Below, one piece after another: positions 28,092 through 38,151 of a DNA stretch of 64,000 nt. Source of the stretch: Sterolibacterium sp. (GTDB lineage Bacteria; Pseudomonadota; Gammaproteobacteria; Burkholderiales; Rhodocyclaceae); assembly GCA_028713555.1 (NCBI GenBank), contig JAQTOA010000014.1:20974-84973 (forward strand), read 5' to 3'. A program made the position numbers and the translations under genes. The first letter of the stretch is position 1, and every line of letters starts with the position of its first letter. Under the pieces are notes generated by a model, which saw nothing but the letters and a program-made list of their open reading frames with translations, did not search any database and was not told where the DNA came from.

Positions 28092-29162
28092 CTATTCCGC
28101 GGCCAGCATCAGGCGACGACGACGCACGGCATCGGCCAGCGTATCGAGCACGCTCAGGCTGTCCTCCCAGCCGAGGCAGGGGTCGGTGATGCTCAAACCG
28201 TATTCAAGCGGTTTCCCCGGCAGAAGATCCTGCCGCCCCGGCTTGAGGTGAGACTCCACCATGACGCCGAAGATGCGGTCATCGCCGGCAGCAATCTGTT
28301 CGCCGACCTCGCGTGCCACGCCAACTTGCCGTTGGTACTGCTTGCTGCTGTTGGCATGAGAGAAATCGATCATCACCCGCGCCGCCAGACCGGCTTTGCC
28401 GAGCTCCTGGCATGCGGTATCGACATTGGCCGCGTCGTAGTTGGGCGTCTTGCCGCCGCGCAGAATGACGTGGCAATCCTCGTTGCCATCGGTGGAGACG
28501 ATCGCCGAATGTCCGGCCTTGGTCACCGAGAGGAAATGATGCGGGCTGGACGCCGCGCGGATCGCATCGACCGCGATGCGGATATTGCCGTCGGTGCCGT
28601 TCTTGAAGCCGACCGGGCAGGACAGGCCCGAGGCCAGTTCGCGATGCACCTGCGACTCGGTGGTGCGCGCGCCAATGGCGCCCCAACTGATCAGATCGGC
28701 GGTGTACTGCGGGGTGATCGAGTCGAGAAATTCGGTGGCGCAGGGCAAACCCAGTTCGTTGATTTCGTGCAGCAACTGGCGCGCCAGGCGCAGGCCTTCG
28801 TTGATCTTGAAACTGCCGTCGAGGCGCGGGTCGTTGATGAAACCCTTCCAGCCGACCGTGGTGCGCGGCTTCTCGAAATACACGCGCATCACGATCAGGA
28901 GGTCGGCGCTGTGGCGCAGTGACTCGGCATGCAGCCTGCGCGCATATTCGAGCGCAGCGTCGTGCTCGTGTATCGAGCATGGACCGATCACCACCAGCAC
29001 ACGATCATCGGCGCCGTGCAATATGCGGTGGATCGCCTGGCGTGCGGCGTGGGTGGTCTCGGCGTCCTGTTCGGTAGTGGGAAATTCGCGCAGAACATGC
29101 GCCGGCGGGATCAATTCCTTGATCTCCTTGATGCGCACATCATCGACTTGGTGTTTCGTCAT
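28092..29162 (-). CDS. aroG: 3-deoxy-7-phosphoheptulonate (DAHP) synthase, class I
   Basis: 356 aa from MTKHQVDDVRIKEIKELIPPAHVLREFP, with VIGPCSIHE and the IMRVYFEKPRTTVGWKG motifs. The isozyme (G, F or H) cannot be told from the sequence. The upstream part of the 491-aa ORF is non-coding. Confidence 0.93.
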   Translation of the reverse strand: MTKHQVDDVRIKEIKELIPPAHVLREFPTTEQDAETTHAARQAIHRILHGADDRVLVVIGPCSIHEHDAALEYARRLHAESLRHSADLLIVMRVYFEKPRTTVGWKGFINDPRLDGSFKINEGLRLARQLLHEINELGLPCATEFLDSITPQYTADLISWGAIGARTTESQVHRELASGLSCPVGFKNGTDGNIRIAVDAIRAASSPHHFLSVTKAGHSAIVSTDGNEDCHVILRGGKTPNYDAANVDTACQELGKAGLAARVMIDFSHANSSKQYQRQVGVAREVGEQIAAGDDRIFGVMVESHLKPGRQDLLPGKPLEYGLSITDPCLGWEDSLSVLDTLADAVRRRRLMLAAE

Positions 29163-29253
29163 GGGATGGGTAAGCGTCCATGCCGGACAAGACCGGCATG
29201 GCTTCGATTTTACAACATCAACGCTTGTCCCTCGACGCTGGCTTCGGTGCGCC

Positions 29254-30363
29254 TCAGGAGATAGGACATTCCACCAGTTCGCCGCAATTGCGGGCATCAT
29301 AGCCTGGTTCGGCTGCCAGGGTGCGACGCCAGCCGGGCGAGGCAAGGCAATCGAGCAGCGCGCGCATGGCCGGATCCGCCATGCCATCGCGGCGCGTGGC
29401 CAAATAGTAGTCTTCGCGCGCCAGGGGAATAAAGTCCAGGCCAAAGCGGCGTGCCGCCGCTTCGACACCGAGTCCGGCGTCGGCTGCGCCGCTGGCAATC
29501 GTCGCGGCAACCGCCGCATGGGTAAATTCCTCGGCCTCATAGCCAGCGATAGCCTGTGGATGCACACCGCTTTCTGCGAGCAGCAGATCCAGCAGAAGGC
29601 GCGTGCCGGAGCCCGCCTGGCGATTCACGAAACGCACGCCGGGCCGCGTCAGATCGCGCAGGATTTGCAAGCGGCCGGGTTTTTTCAAAGAGGATTTGGC
29701 GGGCTGTTTCGCACACTGTCCCTGCGCTGCCACCATCAAACCCTGGGAGCGGCGGGCAAAGCGAATCAGCACGTGGGTGCGTGCATCGAGGTGCTGCCGG
29801 TAAGCTTTCCAGACCGACTTGCCCAGCGTTCCCTGCGGGCAATGGAATCCAGCCACGTCGCAGCGTCCGGCGGCCAGCGAGGCGAGGCTCTCTGTGCTGC
29901 CGAGCACGTGTATTTCCAAAGCCACATTCTGCTTGTGCAGTACCTCAGGCAGACGCGCCAGCATTGGATCGTGGCTGGAATGCAGCGTCAGCCGCATTGA
30001 TTCTCCAACCATGAAGGGGTGCAACTCGCGGCGTACTTCGTCGGTCGCTTCCGCTAGCTGCCCCGCAAAACGGCTTTTGAGACGGGCGTCGAGATGGACC
30101 AGGCGCAGCCCCAAAGGGGCCAGACTGGAACCGCGTCCGCGCGCCATATCCACCAGCGGTTGCCCCAGTCTCTCCTGCCAGCGTCGTACCAGTCCCCAGG
30201 CATGACGGTAGGAAAATCCGCTGTCGCGCGCCGCCTGAGCCACCGAACCGGTTTCGGCGATAGCCGCCAGCAGGGCCAGCAGACCGCCTTCTTCGTTGTG
30301 TCGCGTTTCATCCAGCGCGGTCCAGCGCCAGACAAGGCAAGGCAATAATGCAAAGTTGTTCAT
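29254..30363 (-). CDS. ModE-like HTH regulator fused to a periplasmic-binding-protein-like domain
   Basis: The N-terminus LLALLAAIAETGSVAQAARDSGFSYRHAWGLVRRWQERLGQPLV is a ModE/LysR-type wHTH. The C-terminal half is PBP-like. It is divergent from the tup-like operon. The start is ATG 30363 or TTG 30375. Confidence 0.75.
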   Translation of the reverse strand: MNNFALLPCLVWRWTALDETRHNEEGGLLALLAAIAETGSVAQAARDSGFSYRHAWGLVRRWQERLGQPLVDMARGRGSSLAPLGLRLVHLDARLKSRFAGQLAEATDEVRRELHPFMVGESMRLTLHSSHDPMLARLPEVLHKQNVALEIHVLGSTESLASLAAGRCDVAGFHCPQGTLGKSVWKAYRQHLDARTHVLIRFARRSQGLMVAAQGQCAKQPAKSSLKKPGRLQILRDLTRPGVRFVNRQAGSGTRLLLDLLLAESGVHPQAIAGYEAEEFTHAAVAATIASGAADAGLGVEAAARRFGLDFIPLAREDYYLATRRDGMADPAMRALLDCLASPGWRRTLAAEPGYDARNCGELVECPIS

Positions 30364-30429
30364 ATTGGTGAGCAAGCCTGGTCAGGCTATATTCCACACC
30401 CCATTTTCGGAAAGTCATTGTTGCTTATC

Positions 30430-31122
30430 ATGGATGCACTCAATGCCGCCCTCGGCTTGGTTGTCGGCGGCGACGCCAGATTGTTGGGGATTATCGCACT
30501 GAGTCTGCGTGTCAGCTTATCGGCGGTGTTGCTGGCATCGCTATTTGCGCTGCCGTTTGGTGCGCTGATGGCGGTGCGGCGCTTCCCCGGTCGCCGCAGT
30601 CTGACGGTGATCATCAATGGCTTCATGGGCCTGCCGGCGGTGGTGGTGGGTCTGCTGGTGTATCTGCTGCTTTCGCGCGCCGGACCGCTCGGACCGCTCG
30701 GCCTGCTATTCACGCCGACCGCCATGGTGATCGCCCAGGCTATGCTGGTGACGCCATTGTTGGTGGCGCTGACGCGGCAGATCATCGCGGACGCCTGGCG
30801 AGAATACGAGGAACTGCTGCATTCGCTCGGCGCGTCCGCTTTTCAGGCCACTGCGACACTGCTCTGGGATGCGCGCTATTCGCTGTTTACCGTACTGTTG
30901 GCCGGTTTCGGCCGGGCCATCGCCGAGGTCGGCGCAGTGATGATTGTCGGCGGCAATATCGACGGCGTGACCCGGGTGATGACCACCGCCATCGCCTTGG
31001 AAACCACCAAGGGCGACCTGCCGCTGGCAATGGCCTTGGGCGTGATCCTGGTGGCGCTGGTGCTAATAATCAATGCGTTTACCTTCGTCACCAGCAGTTG
31101 GGCACAGCGGAGGTTCGGCTGA
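30430..31122 (+). CDS. tupB: ABC transporter permease (TupB-like)
   Basis: Five or six TM segments and the EAA-like region of the binding-protein-dependent permease fold. It is first in an operon with overlapping stop/start junctions. The start is ATG 30430 or TTG 30418. Confidence 0.75.
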   Translation: MDALNAALGLVVGGDARLLGIIALSLRVSLSAVLLASLFALPFGALMAVRRFPGRRSLTVIINGFMGLPAVVVGLLVYLLLSRAGPLGPLGLLFTPTAMVIAQAMLVTPLLVALTRQIIADAWREYEELLHSLGASAFQATATLLWDARYSLFTVLLAGFGRAIAEVGAVMIVGGNIDGVTRVMTTAIALETTKGDLPLAMALGVILVALVLIINAFTFVTSSWAQRRFG

Positions 31123-31829
31123 TGGACGGCGTTTTCCCGCTGGTGCTAACCGATGTCGGATTCGCACCAGGCGGTGTGGCCTTGCTCAACCACATCGATC
31201 TGCGCATCGAAGCAGGATCGCGCACGCTTATTCTCGGCGCCAACGGTGCGGGCAAGAGTGTCTTGATGCGGTTGATGCACGGTTTGCTGACGCCCAGCAG
31301 CGGCAGCGTGGCGTGGAATGATGGAAAGGCAAGGCCCTCTGCCCAGGCCATGGTATTCCAGCGCCCCGTGATGCTGCGCCGTTCGACGCTGGCGAATATC
31401 GCCTATGGCTTGAAGCTCAACGGCGTGCCGCTTGCGGTGCGCGGTGCGCGGGCGCAGCAGGCGCTGGCGCGAGTGGGCCTTGCCCATCTTGGCGAACGTC
31501 CGGCGCGGGTGCTGTCCGGCGGCGAGCAGCAGCGCATCGCCCTGGCGCGCGCCTGGGCGCTTGAGCCACGTATCCTGTTTCTCGACGAGCCGACCGCCAG
31601 CCTCGACCCGTCCGCGGCGCGCGAGGTGGAACGCATCGTCAGCGATATCCACCAGTCCGGCGCCACTATCGTTATGACCACCCACAACCTCGGCCAGGCG
31701 CGGCGCCTGGCCGAAGAGATCATTTTCCTGCATCAGGGCCGCATCACGGAATGCACGCCGGCCACCGAATTCTTTCAACGTCCGCGCTCGGCCGAAGCCG
31801 AGACTTACCTCAGAGGAGAATTACTATGA
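31122..31829 (+). CDS. tupC: ABC transporter ATP-binding protein (TupC-like)
   Basis: Walker A GANGAGKS, signature LSGGEQQR, Walker B ILFLDEPT. ATGA overlaps join it to both neighbours. Confidence 0.85.
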   Translation: MDGVFPLVLTDVGFAPGGVALLNHIDLRIEAGSRTLILGANGAGKSVLMRLMHGLLTPSSGSVAWNDGKARPSAQAMVFQRPVMLRRSTLANIAYGLKLNGVPLAVRGARAQQALARVGLAHLGERPARVLSGGEQQRIALARAWALEPRILFLDEPTASLDPSAAREVERIVSDIHQSGATIVMTTHNLGQARRLAEEIIFLHQGRITECTPATEFFQRPRSAEAETYLRGELL

Positions 31830-32653
31830 ACCCTATCCGTCGCGCCAGCCTGCTTTTTATCTTGGGGTGCACCCTCCTCGGCAGCCTGCCGATCCAGGCC
31901 GCCGAGTCCTTCATTACCGTGGCGTCGACGACATCGACCGAGCAGTCGGGCTTGTTCGGCTACCTGTTGCCGCTATTCGAAAGGCCCAGCGGCATCCAGG
32001 TGCGTGTGGTGGCGCTAGGCACCGGCCAGGCGCTCGACATGGCGCGGCGCGGCGATGCCGATGTGGTGTTCGTGCATGATGCGGCAGCCGAGGAGAAATT
32101 CGTCGCCGAGGGCTACGGCGTGAAGCGACAGGAAGTCATGTACAACGATTTCATTTTGGTCGGACCGCAGGATGATCCCGCCAAGGTGGCAGGCGGCAAG
32201 GACATCACCGAAGCCTTGAAGAAAATCGAGGCCAGCAAGTCGCCCTTCGTCTCGCGTGGCGACAAGAGTGGCACCCATGCTGCGGAACTGCGCCTGTGGA
32301 AAGCCGCCGGTATCGATCTTGAGAAGAGCAAGAGCTCCTGGTATCGCGACACCGGATCCGGCATGGGCCCGGCGCTGAATACCGCCGCCTCGCTGAATGC
32401 CTATATCCTGGCCGATCGCGGTACCTGGCTGTCGTTCAAGAACCGGCAGCATCTAGCCATCGTCGTCGCCGGCGACAAGCGCCTGTTCAATCAGTACGGC
32501 GTCATCCTGGTGAATCCGGCCAGGCATGCGCATGTCAAACAGGCAGCCGGCCAGCAGTTCATCGATTGGTTGCTCTCCGAGACGGGGCAGAAAGCCATCG
32601 CCGAATACAAGATCGGCGGCGAGCAGCTGTTTTTCCCCAATGCCAGACGATGA
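31826..32653 (+). CDS. tupA: periplasmic tungstate/molybdate-type binding protein (TupA-like, PBP_like_2)
   Basis: Has a signal peptide, then ITVASTTSTEQSGLFGYLLPLFE. The TTS(T)xxSGL motif is characteristic of TupA-type proteins. Ligand specificity is inferred. Confidence 0.75.
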   Translation: MNPIRRASLLFILGCTLLGSLPIQAAESFITVASTTSTEQSGLFGYLLPLFERPSGIQVRVVALGTGQALDMARRGDADVVFVHDAAAEEKFVAEGYGVKRQEVMYNDFILVGPQDDPAKVAGGKDITEALKKIEASKSPFVSRGDKSGTHAAELRLWKAAGIDLEKSKSSWYRDTGSGMGPALNTAASLNAYILADRGTWLSFKNRQHLAIVVAGDKRLFNQYGVILVNPARHAHVKQAAGQQFIDWLLSETGQKAIAEYKIGGEQLFFPNARR

Positions 32654-32677
32654 GCTAATGCCAAGCGACTATCATCT

Positions 32678-33137
32678 ATGAAGCGGTGGGGACTGACTGC
32701 CATCTTTCTGCTTTCGATTTCCCCACCGGCCTGGGCAGCCGACGAAAGCGGCGTCACCTACGGCAGCGGCAGCAACCGTTTTCCCCTCGCCACGGGCAGC
32801 CCGGCAGCGCCTGGTACATCGTGACCAAGGATTTCATGATCGTCAGCCTGAAACTCGCCAACGCCGAGCGCGCCTGTCCGACTCAAGCACCTGGATCATG
32901 GAAAAGAATATCGCGCCGGATCTTGTGATTCTTTATCGCGGCGACCGTACCCTGATGAATATGTACCATGCCCTGATTGCGCCAGCCGGCGCGACCCCGG
33001 GACGCGACACGGCGGAAAAGTTTGTCGCTTATGTGACTTCGGCGGACGGCCAAAAGATCATGGCCGAATATGGTCGCGACAAGTTTGGCGAGGGACTTTA
33101 CAATGATATGATCTATGCCCGTCGTTACGACGAGTGA
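32678..33137 (+). pseudogene. decayed paralogue of the TupA-like binding protein
   Basis: The N-terminal piece is MKRWGLTAIFLLSISPPAWAADESGVTYGSGSNRFPLATGSPAAPGTS* (32678-32824). The C-terminal piece in another frame is ...DLVILYRGDRTLMNMYHALIAPAGATPGRDTAEKFVAYVTSADGQKIMAEYGRDKF (32898-33137). The latter aligns with the TupA tail LAIVVAGDKRLFNQYGVILVNPA...FIDWLLSETGQKAIAEY. The middle of the gene is missing or frameshifted. Confidence 0.65.
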
Positions 33138-33168
33138 CGATGGTCATCCCATTGCAGGAGGGTATATC

Positions 33169-33378
33169 ATGAAACTCAGCGCACGCAATCAATTCAAGGG
33201 TACCATCAAGTCCATCACGCCCGGAGCGGTCAACAGCGAGGTTGTGATCGAGGTTGCCCCAGGCGTCGAAGTCACCGCCCAAATCACCAGCGCATCCGTG
33301 CAACGCCTCGGCCTCAAGCCAGGTGGCGCGGCTTACGCCGTCGTCAAGGCTGATAGCGTGATGGTTGGTGTGGACTGA
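33169..33378 (+). CDS. mop: Mop/TOBE-domain molybdate-binding protein (molbindin)
   Basis: 69 aa. MKLSARNQFKGTIKSITPGAVNSEVVIEV...AVVKADSVMVGV is the canonical TOBE monomer. AGGAGG lies upstream. Confidence 0.88.
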   Translation: MKLSARNQFKGTIKSITPGAVNSEVVIEVAPGVEVTAQITSASVQRLGLKPGGAAYAVVKADSVMVGVD

Positions 33379-33493
33379 AGGTTACCTGCTGATCTGATGG
33401 CATCTGTCCGGTAATCGCAAAATTCGGATGCCCGCATTCCTGTTTGGCATTAAACGCGCTATGCTTGCGCTGTTTTAACTGCCGGACTGCCTG

Positions 33494-34459
33494 ATGGATC
33501 AAGCCGATCGTTTACTGCTCGAACGCAGCCAGTTGTTTTGCGACATCGATTTGGAAGGTATTGAGCACCTGCTCGACACCTGTCCGGAAACACTGCTGGC
33601 GGCGGGGGATACACTGCTGCAGCAGGGCGCGCAAAACAACACACTGTACCTGGTGCTCGACGGCCAGCTGCGCGTTTATCTCGGCGGTCGCGAACTTCCC
33701 GAACACACCCTGCTCAATCCTGGAGAATGCGTCGGGGAAATGTCGCTGATCGATGGCCGGCGCGCCTCAGCGCTGGTGATTGCAGCGCAGAATTCGCGTC
33801 TGCTGGCGATCGATCACGAAGTCGTCTGGTCGCTGATCGAATTGTCCTATGGTATCGCTCGCAACCTGCTGGGCATCCTGTCTGGGCGCATTCGCTTCAA
33901 CAACCTGGCCTTGATTAGTGCGCAAACACAAAGCCTGGAATTTGAACGGGCGGTTGCGGTCGATGCGCTGACCGGACTGCACAACAAGCGTTGGGTCGCC
34001 GAGGCATTCCCACGTGTGATCGGTCGCTGTGCGCGGGATGGCGCGGCGGTTTGCCTGCTGCTGGGCGATATCGACAATTTCAAGCGTTTCAATGCCTGTT
34101 ACGGCCGTTTGAATGGCGACAACCTGCTACGCCTGCTGGCGCGCCGGCTAGCCGACATCCTGCGGCCGCAAGACATGCTGGCGCGCTACGGGGTGGAGGA
34201 ATTCGTCTTTCTGTTGCCGGCGACAGATATCTCCGAAGCCATAAAAATCGCCGAACGCCTGCGCCTCATGGCGGCGGAAACGCGCCTGCCGATTGCCGAG
34301 GACGGCGCCGACGCCGGCATCACTTTATCGATGGGAATCGCAACGATGCAATCCGGCGATACGCTGGAAGCGCTGCTCGCGAACGCTGAAGCAGCGCTAC
34401 AGAGCGCCAAGCTGGCCGGTCGCAACCGCGTCGAGGTGGCCGATGCGACTAACGACTAG
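33494..34459 (+). CDS. cyclic-nucleotide-binding domain plus GGDEF-domain protein (A-site degenerate: GVEEF)
   Basis: The cNMP-binding fold has GECVGEMSLIDGRRASALVIA. The GGDEF domain has RPQD (RxxD I-site) five residues before GVEEF (34191-34205). Confidence 0.85.
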   Translation: MDQADRLLLERSQLFCDIDLEGIEHLLDTCPETLLAAGDTLLQQGAQNNTLYLVLDGQLRVYLGGRELPEHTLLNPGECVGEMSLIDGRRASALVIAAQNSRLLAIDHEVVWSLIELSYGIARNLLGILSGRIRFNNLALISAQTQSLEFERAVAVDALTGLHNKRWVAEAFPRVIGRCARDGAAVCLLLGDIDNFKRFNACYGRLNGDNLLRLLARRLADILRPQDMLARYGVEEFVFLLPATDISEAIKIAERLRLMAAETRLPIAEDGADAGITLSMGIATMQSGDTLEALLANAEAALQSAKLAGRNRVEVADATND

Positions 34460-34507
34460 TGCCCGCCTTTGATTCTAGGATACCAGGCTTAGTACTGTTT
34501 ATTTAAG

Positions 34508-34535
34508 CGCCATTCCCGCTTTTGTGGGAATGGCG
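34508..34535 (+). terminator. stem-loop downstream of the cNMP-GGDEF gene (weak terminator candidate)
   Basis: A perfect 10-bp stem (cgccattccc / gggaatggcg) with an 8-nt loop, 49 nt after the stop. There is no U-tract, so function is uncertain. Confidence 0.3.
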
Positions 34536-34697
34536 GAGGCAGACTATTTGAACAGTATTGGGATAAGACATGGAATTAGTGGGCATTCTCACTGATCGAG
34601 TGTCGGTATGCTCATGTAGCATGCTACGTGCGACTGTGGGATTGTACAAAGACCTCGTTCTGTCCAAATACCCGAACAGCATAATAAGGGGAGATAT

Positions 34698-35822
34698 ATG
34701 TTCGGTTTCTTGAATAAAGAAAAGTTATCCGCTTTGGAAAACGAGCTTTCTAAGCTGCGGCTGGAGTTGGGCGGCAATGCCGCGGAAATTGCCTCGCTAC
34801 GCTCAGATAACTTGCTGCTTGCCGAAAAAGCAAGCACTGCTGAGGCTAGCTGCCGCGATTACCATGGCTTGTTTGAGAACTTCCATTCATTCAGCCAGTC
34901 GCTGGGCGAAACTCAGCAAACGTTGGCAGGGTTGGCAACCAAGCTGAGGGAAGAGAAACAGGAAACCATCCAGGCCGCCAGCCTGTCGGATAACAGCCGC
35001 ACGGGAATTCTCAATATCTGTAGCGCCCTGTCAAAACTCGCCGAGCAATCCCGGCAAAGCGTGCAACAGGTGGATAAGCTGAACGTCAGCGCCGAGAAGA
35101 TCGGCGGCATCGTCAGTCTGATCAAGGAGGTCGCCGATCAGACCAACCTCTTGGCGCTCAATGCCGCCATCGAGGCGGCACGAGCCGGCGAAGCGGGACG
35201 GGGGTTTGCGGTGGTTGCCGACGAAGTGCGCAAACTGGCGGAGCGCACTGCCAATGCTACCAAGGAGATTTCCGCTTTGGTCGGCACCATCCAGAACGAA
35301 ACCCATCTGGCCCAACACAGCATGACCGAGCTGGCGACGCAATCCGATTCATTCGGGAAGGAAGGCGCCGCCGCTTCGCATAATGTCGAAGAAATCAATT
35401 CGCTGGCGCAGAGAATGGAGCACGCCATCAGCGCCTCGGCGTTACGCAGTTTTACCGAACTGGCAAAAATGGACCACCTGATCTTCAAATTCGAGATTTA
35501 CAAGGTGTTCATGGGAATCTCCGAAAAAACCGCCGACAACTTCGCCAGCCATCAGACCTGCCGCCTGGGCAAGTGGTATTACGAAGGCGAGGGCAAGGAA
35601 TGCTTCTCGCTTCTTGACGGCTACCGCGAAATGGAAGTGCCGCACACGGATGTGCATGAGCATGGCCGTGAAGCCGTGGTGCAGTGCCTGGCTGGCAACT
35701 TTCACCGGGGGATCGAGTCGATCGGTGCGATGGAGCTTGCCAGTTCCAGTGTGCTTGCTTGTCTGGAACGGATGGCGGTACAGGGAGAAACCTCGCCAGA
35801 AGTTCTATGTATGGCCGGTTGA
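34698..35822 (+). CDS. soluble methyl-accepting chemotaxis protein with C-terminal CZB zinc-binding domain (TlpD-like)
   Basis: No TM segment. The MCP signalling hairpin has [39 protein letters not shown]. The CZB motifs are [21 protein letters not shown] and [17 protein letters not shown] lies upstream. Confidence 0.88.
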   Translation: MFGFLNKEKLSALENELSKLRLELGGNAAEIASLRSDNLLLAEKASTAEASCRDYHGLFENFHSFSQSLGETQQTLAGLATKLREEKQETIQAASLSDNSRTGILNICSALSKLAEQSRQSVQQVDKLNVSAEKIGGIVSLIKEVADQTNLLALNAAIEAARAGEAGRGFAVVADEVRKLAERTANATKEISALVGTIQNETHLAQHSMTELATQSDSFGKEGAAASHNVEEINSLAQRMEHAISASALRSFTELAKMDHLIFKFEIYKVFMGISEKTADNFASHQTCRLGKWYYEGEGKECFSLLDGYREMEVPHTDVHEHGREAVVQCLAGNFHRGIESIGAMELASSSVLACLERMAVQGETSPEVLCMAG

Positions 35823-35847
35823 TTCGTTGCCTCTTGCCGGGACAAAG

Positions 35848-37338
35848 TCAGCCTGTGCCACCCACCGTCAAACCGTCAATTCGCAGCGTCGGCTGGCCGA
35901 CGCCGACCGGCACGCTCTGGCCTTCCTTGCCGCAGGTGCCGACGCCGGGATCGAGTGTCATGTCGTTGCCGATCAGCGTCACGCGCTGCAGGACATCCGG
36001 ACCGTTGCCAATTAACGTGGCGCCCTTGACCGGGGTGGTGATTTTGCCGTTCTCGATCAGATAGGCTTCGGCGGCGGAGAACACAAACTTGCCGCTGGTG
36101 ATGTCGACCTGGCCGCCGCCGAAATTTGCCGCGTAGAGCCCCTTTTTCACTGAAGCGATGATCTCCTGCGGATCCCTGCCGCCATCCGGACCGTTCAGCA
36201 TGTAGGTGTTGGTCATGCGCGGCAGGGGCAGGTGGGCGAAGGATTCGCGGCGGCCGTTGCCGGTCGGCGCGACTCCCATCAGGCGGGCGTTGAGCGAATC
36301 CTGCAGGTAGCCGACCAGGATGCCGTCGTCGATCAGCCGCGTGCATTGCGTCGGATTGCCCTCGTCATCGACCGACAGCGAGCCGCGCCGGTCGGGAATC
36401 GTGCCGTCATCCACCACCGTCACGCCCTTGGCCGCCACGCGCTCGCCAATGCGTCCGGCAAAAGCCGAACTGCCCTTGCGGTTGAAGTCGCCTTCGAGGC
36501 CATGGCCGATTGCCTCATGCAGCAGGATGCCGGGCCAACCCGCGCCCAGTACCACGGTCATGGTGCCGGCCGGTGCCGGCCGTGCGGAGAGATTGATGCT
36601 GGCCTGATGTACCGCCTTCCTGGCGTAGTTGCGCAGAACCTCGTCATTGAAATAGGCGTAGCCGAAGCGTCCGCCGCCGCCGGCCGATCCCTGCTCGCGC
36701 TGGCCGTTTTGCACCATGATGACGCTGATAGAGACGCGCACCAACGGCCGCACATCGGCGCTCAAGTGACCGTCGCTGCGCGCCACCAGCACGACTTCCC
36801 ACGTTCCGGCGAGGCTCGCCATGACTTCGACGACGCGCGGGTCGAGGGTTCTGGCGTAGCCTTCGAGCCGCTCCAGCAGCCTGACTTTCTCGGCGTCCGC
36901 AAACGCGGCGATCGGGTCGAGCGCCGCGTACAGCGGCGTGATGGGAGCGAGCTGCGCACCATGCCGTAGCAAGGGCGCGCGTCCATCGCCGCCTTGGGCG
37001 GCGATGGCGCGCGTCGCCTGCGCTGCGCCTTGCAAAGCCGCCAGGCTGATCTCATCGGAATAGGCGAACGCGGTCTTCTCCCCGGTGACGGCGCGCACGC
37101 CGACCCCTTGCTCGATATTGAAGCTGCCGGATTTAACAATGCCTTCTTCGAGGCTCCAGCCTTCCGAGCGGGCATACTGGAAGTAGAGATCGGCGTAATT
37201 GATCTGGTTGCCGAACATCTGGCCAAACACCGCTTCGAGACGCGCTGGTGTCAGGTTGTAAGGTGTCAGCAGGCATTGCTCGGCGGTGCGGTAGAGATCG
37301 TTGGAAGTCATGGGGTCACCAGAAAAATCAGTCGTCAA
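35848..37338 (-). CDS. tldD: metalloprotease TldD
   Basis: Matches [52 protein letters not shown] and C-terminal [20 protein letters not shown]. The start is either TTG 37338 (overlapping the upstream stop) or ATG 37311. Confidence 0.93.
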   Translation of the reverse strand: MTTDFSGDPMTSNDLYRTAEQCLLTPYNLTPARLEAVFGQMFGNQINYADLYFQYARSEGWSLEEGIVKSGSFNIEQGVGVRAVTGEKTAFAYSDEISLAALQGAAQATRAIAAQGGDGRAPLLRHGAQLAPITPLYAALDPIAAFADAEKVRLLERLEGYARTLDPRVVEVMASLAGTWEVVLVARSDGHLSADVRPLVRVSISVIMVQNGQREQGSAGGGGRFGYAYFNDEVLRNYARKAVHQASINLSARPAPAGTMTVVLGAGWPGILLHEAIGHGLEGDFNRKGSSAFAGRIGERVAAKGVTVVDDGTIPDRRGSLSVDDEGNPTQCTRLIDDGILVGYLQDSLNARLMGVAPTGNGRRESFAHLPLPRMTNTYMLNGPDGGRDPQEIIASVKKGLYAANFGGGQVDITSGKFVFSAAEAYLIENGKITTPVKGATLIGNGPDVLQRVTLIGNDMTLDPGVGTCGKEGQSVPVGVGQPTLRIDGLTVGGTG

Positions 37339-38141
37339 AGTACACGGTGTTGCAGCGCCGGCAAGCTGGTTCTTACTTCATTCAGTCGCGCCATGTCCAT
37401 CTCCGCGACAACCACGCCGGATCCTTTGTCGAGGCGCGCCAGCACGTCACCCCAAGGATCGACGATCATGCTGTTGCCATGGGTGATGCGTCCGCTCGGA
37501 TGCTCTCCGCCTTGAGCCGCAGCCAACAAGTAGCATTGGTTCTCGACGGCGCGGCAGCGCAGCAGCAATTCCCAGTGAGCACGGCCGGTGGTCTCGGTGA
37601 ATGCCGACGGAACTACCAGCAGATCGACTTCGCCCATGGCCCTGAACAACTCGGGGAAGCGCAGATCGTAGCAAATCGCCAAGCCAATACGCCCGAACGG
37701 CGAATCGAAAGCGACCACCCTCCCGCCCGGCTCAATGGTCAGACTCTCATTGTAACTTTCCGTTCCACGCGTGAAGCCGAATAAGTGAATCTTGTCGTAG
37801 CGAGCCACGCGGCGTCCATTAGCGTCATAAACCAGGCAAGTATTGCGCAGCTTGGCCGGATCGTCGGCTTTTAACGGCAGCGATCCGCCGATCAGCCAGA
37901 TGCCATGCCGCTGTGCGGTTTCGCTGAGAAAAGCCTGGATCGGTCCGGTGCCGTCGCTTTCCCTGGCCGCCAGGCGCTCTGCGTCACTGGCGCCGATCAG
38001 CGGAAAATACTCGGGCAGCGCCACCAGGCGTGCACCCTGCGCCGCCGCCGCGGCGATCAACCGGCCGGTCTCGTCAAGGTTGGCGCTAACCTCCGGGCCA
38101 GAGATCATTTGTATGGCGGCGATAGACAGTTTTTCTGGCAT
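37335..38141 (-). CDS. carbon-nitrogen hydrolase (nitrilase superfamily)
   Basis: Has LSIAAIQM near the N-terminus, a catalytic Cys context ([14 protein letters not shown]) and LVALPEYF. The start is taken at MPEKL (38141). Confidence 0.88.
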   Translation of the reverse strand: MPEKLSIAAIQMISGPEVSANLDETGRLIAAAAAQGARLVALPEYFPLIGASDAERLAARESDGTGPIQAFLSETAQRHGIWLIGGSLPLKADDPAKLRNTCLVYDANGRRVARYDKIHLFGFTRGTESYNESLTIEPGGRVVAFDSPFGRIGLAICYDLRFPELFRAMGEVDLLVVPSAFTETTGRAHWELLLRCRAVENQCYLLAAAQGGEHPSGRITHGNSMIVDPWGDVLARLDKGSGVVVAEMDMARLNEVRTSLPALQHRVL

Positions 38142-38151
38142 GAGGCAGTTT

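Noticed and set aside
28092-29567. N-terminal extensions suggested by the ORF track for aroG (491 aa), narH (708 aa), narJ (409 aa), pntA (562 aa), glnE (988 aa), the cytochrome b gene (260 aa), narI (249 aa) and others.
   Set aside because: In each case the family-typical N-terminus starts at an internal Met with a Shine-Dalgarno sequence or a coupled stop/start junction. The upstream codons overlap the preceding gene or look non-coding.
34616-34627. A perfect 12-bp palindrome gtagcatgctac (and ttgtacaa nearby) upstream of the MCP-CZB gene, considered as an operator. The 14-bp palindrome agcctg-gt-caggct at 30377-30390 upstream of the tup-like operon was considered likewise.
   Set aside because: Palindromes with 6-bp arms are expected more than ten times by chance in this window. 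Without a matching known consensus they are not evidence of regulation.
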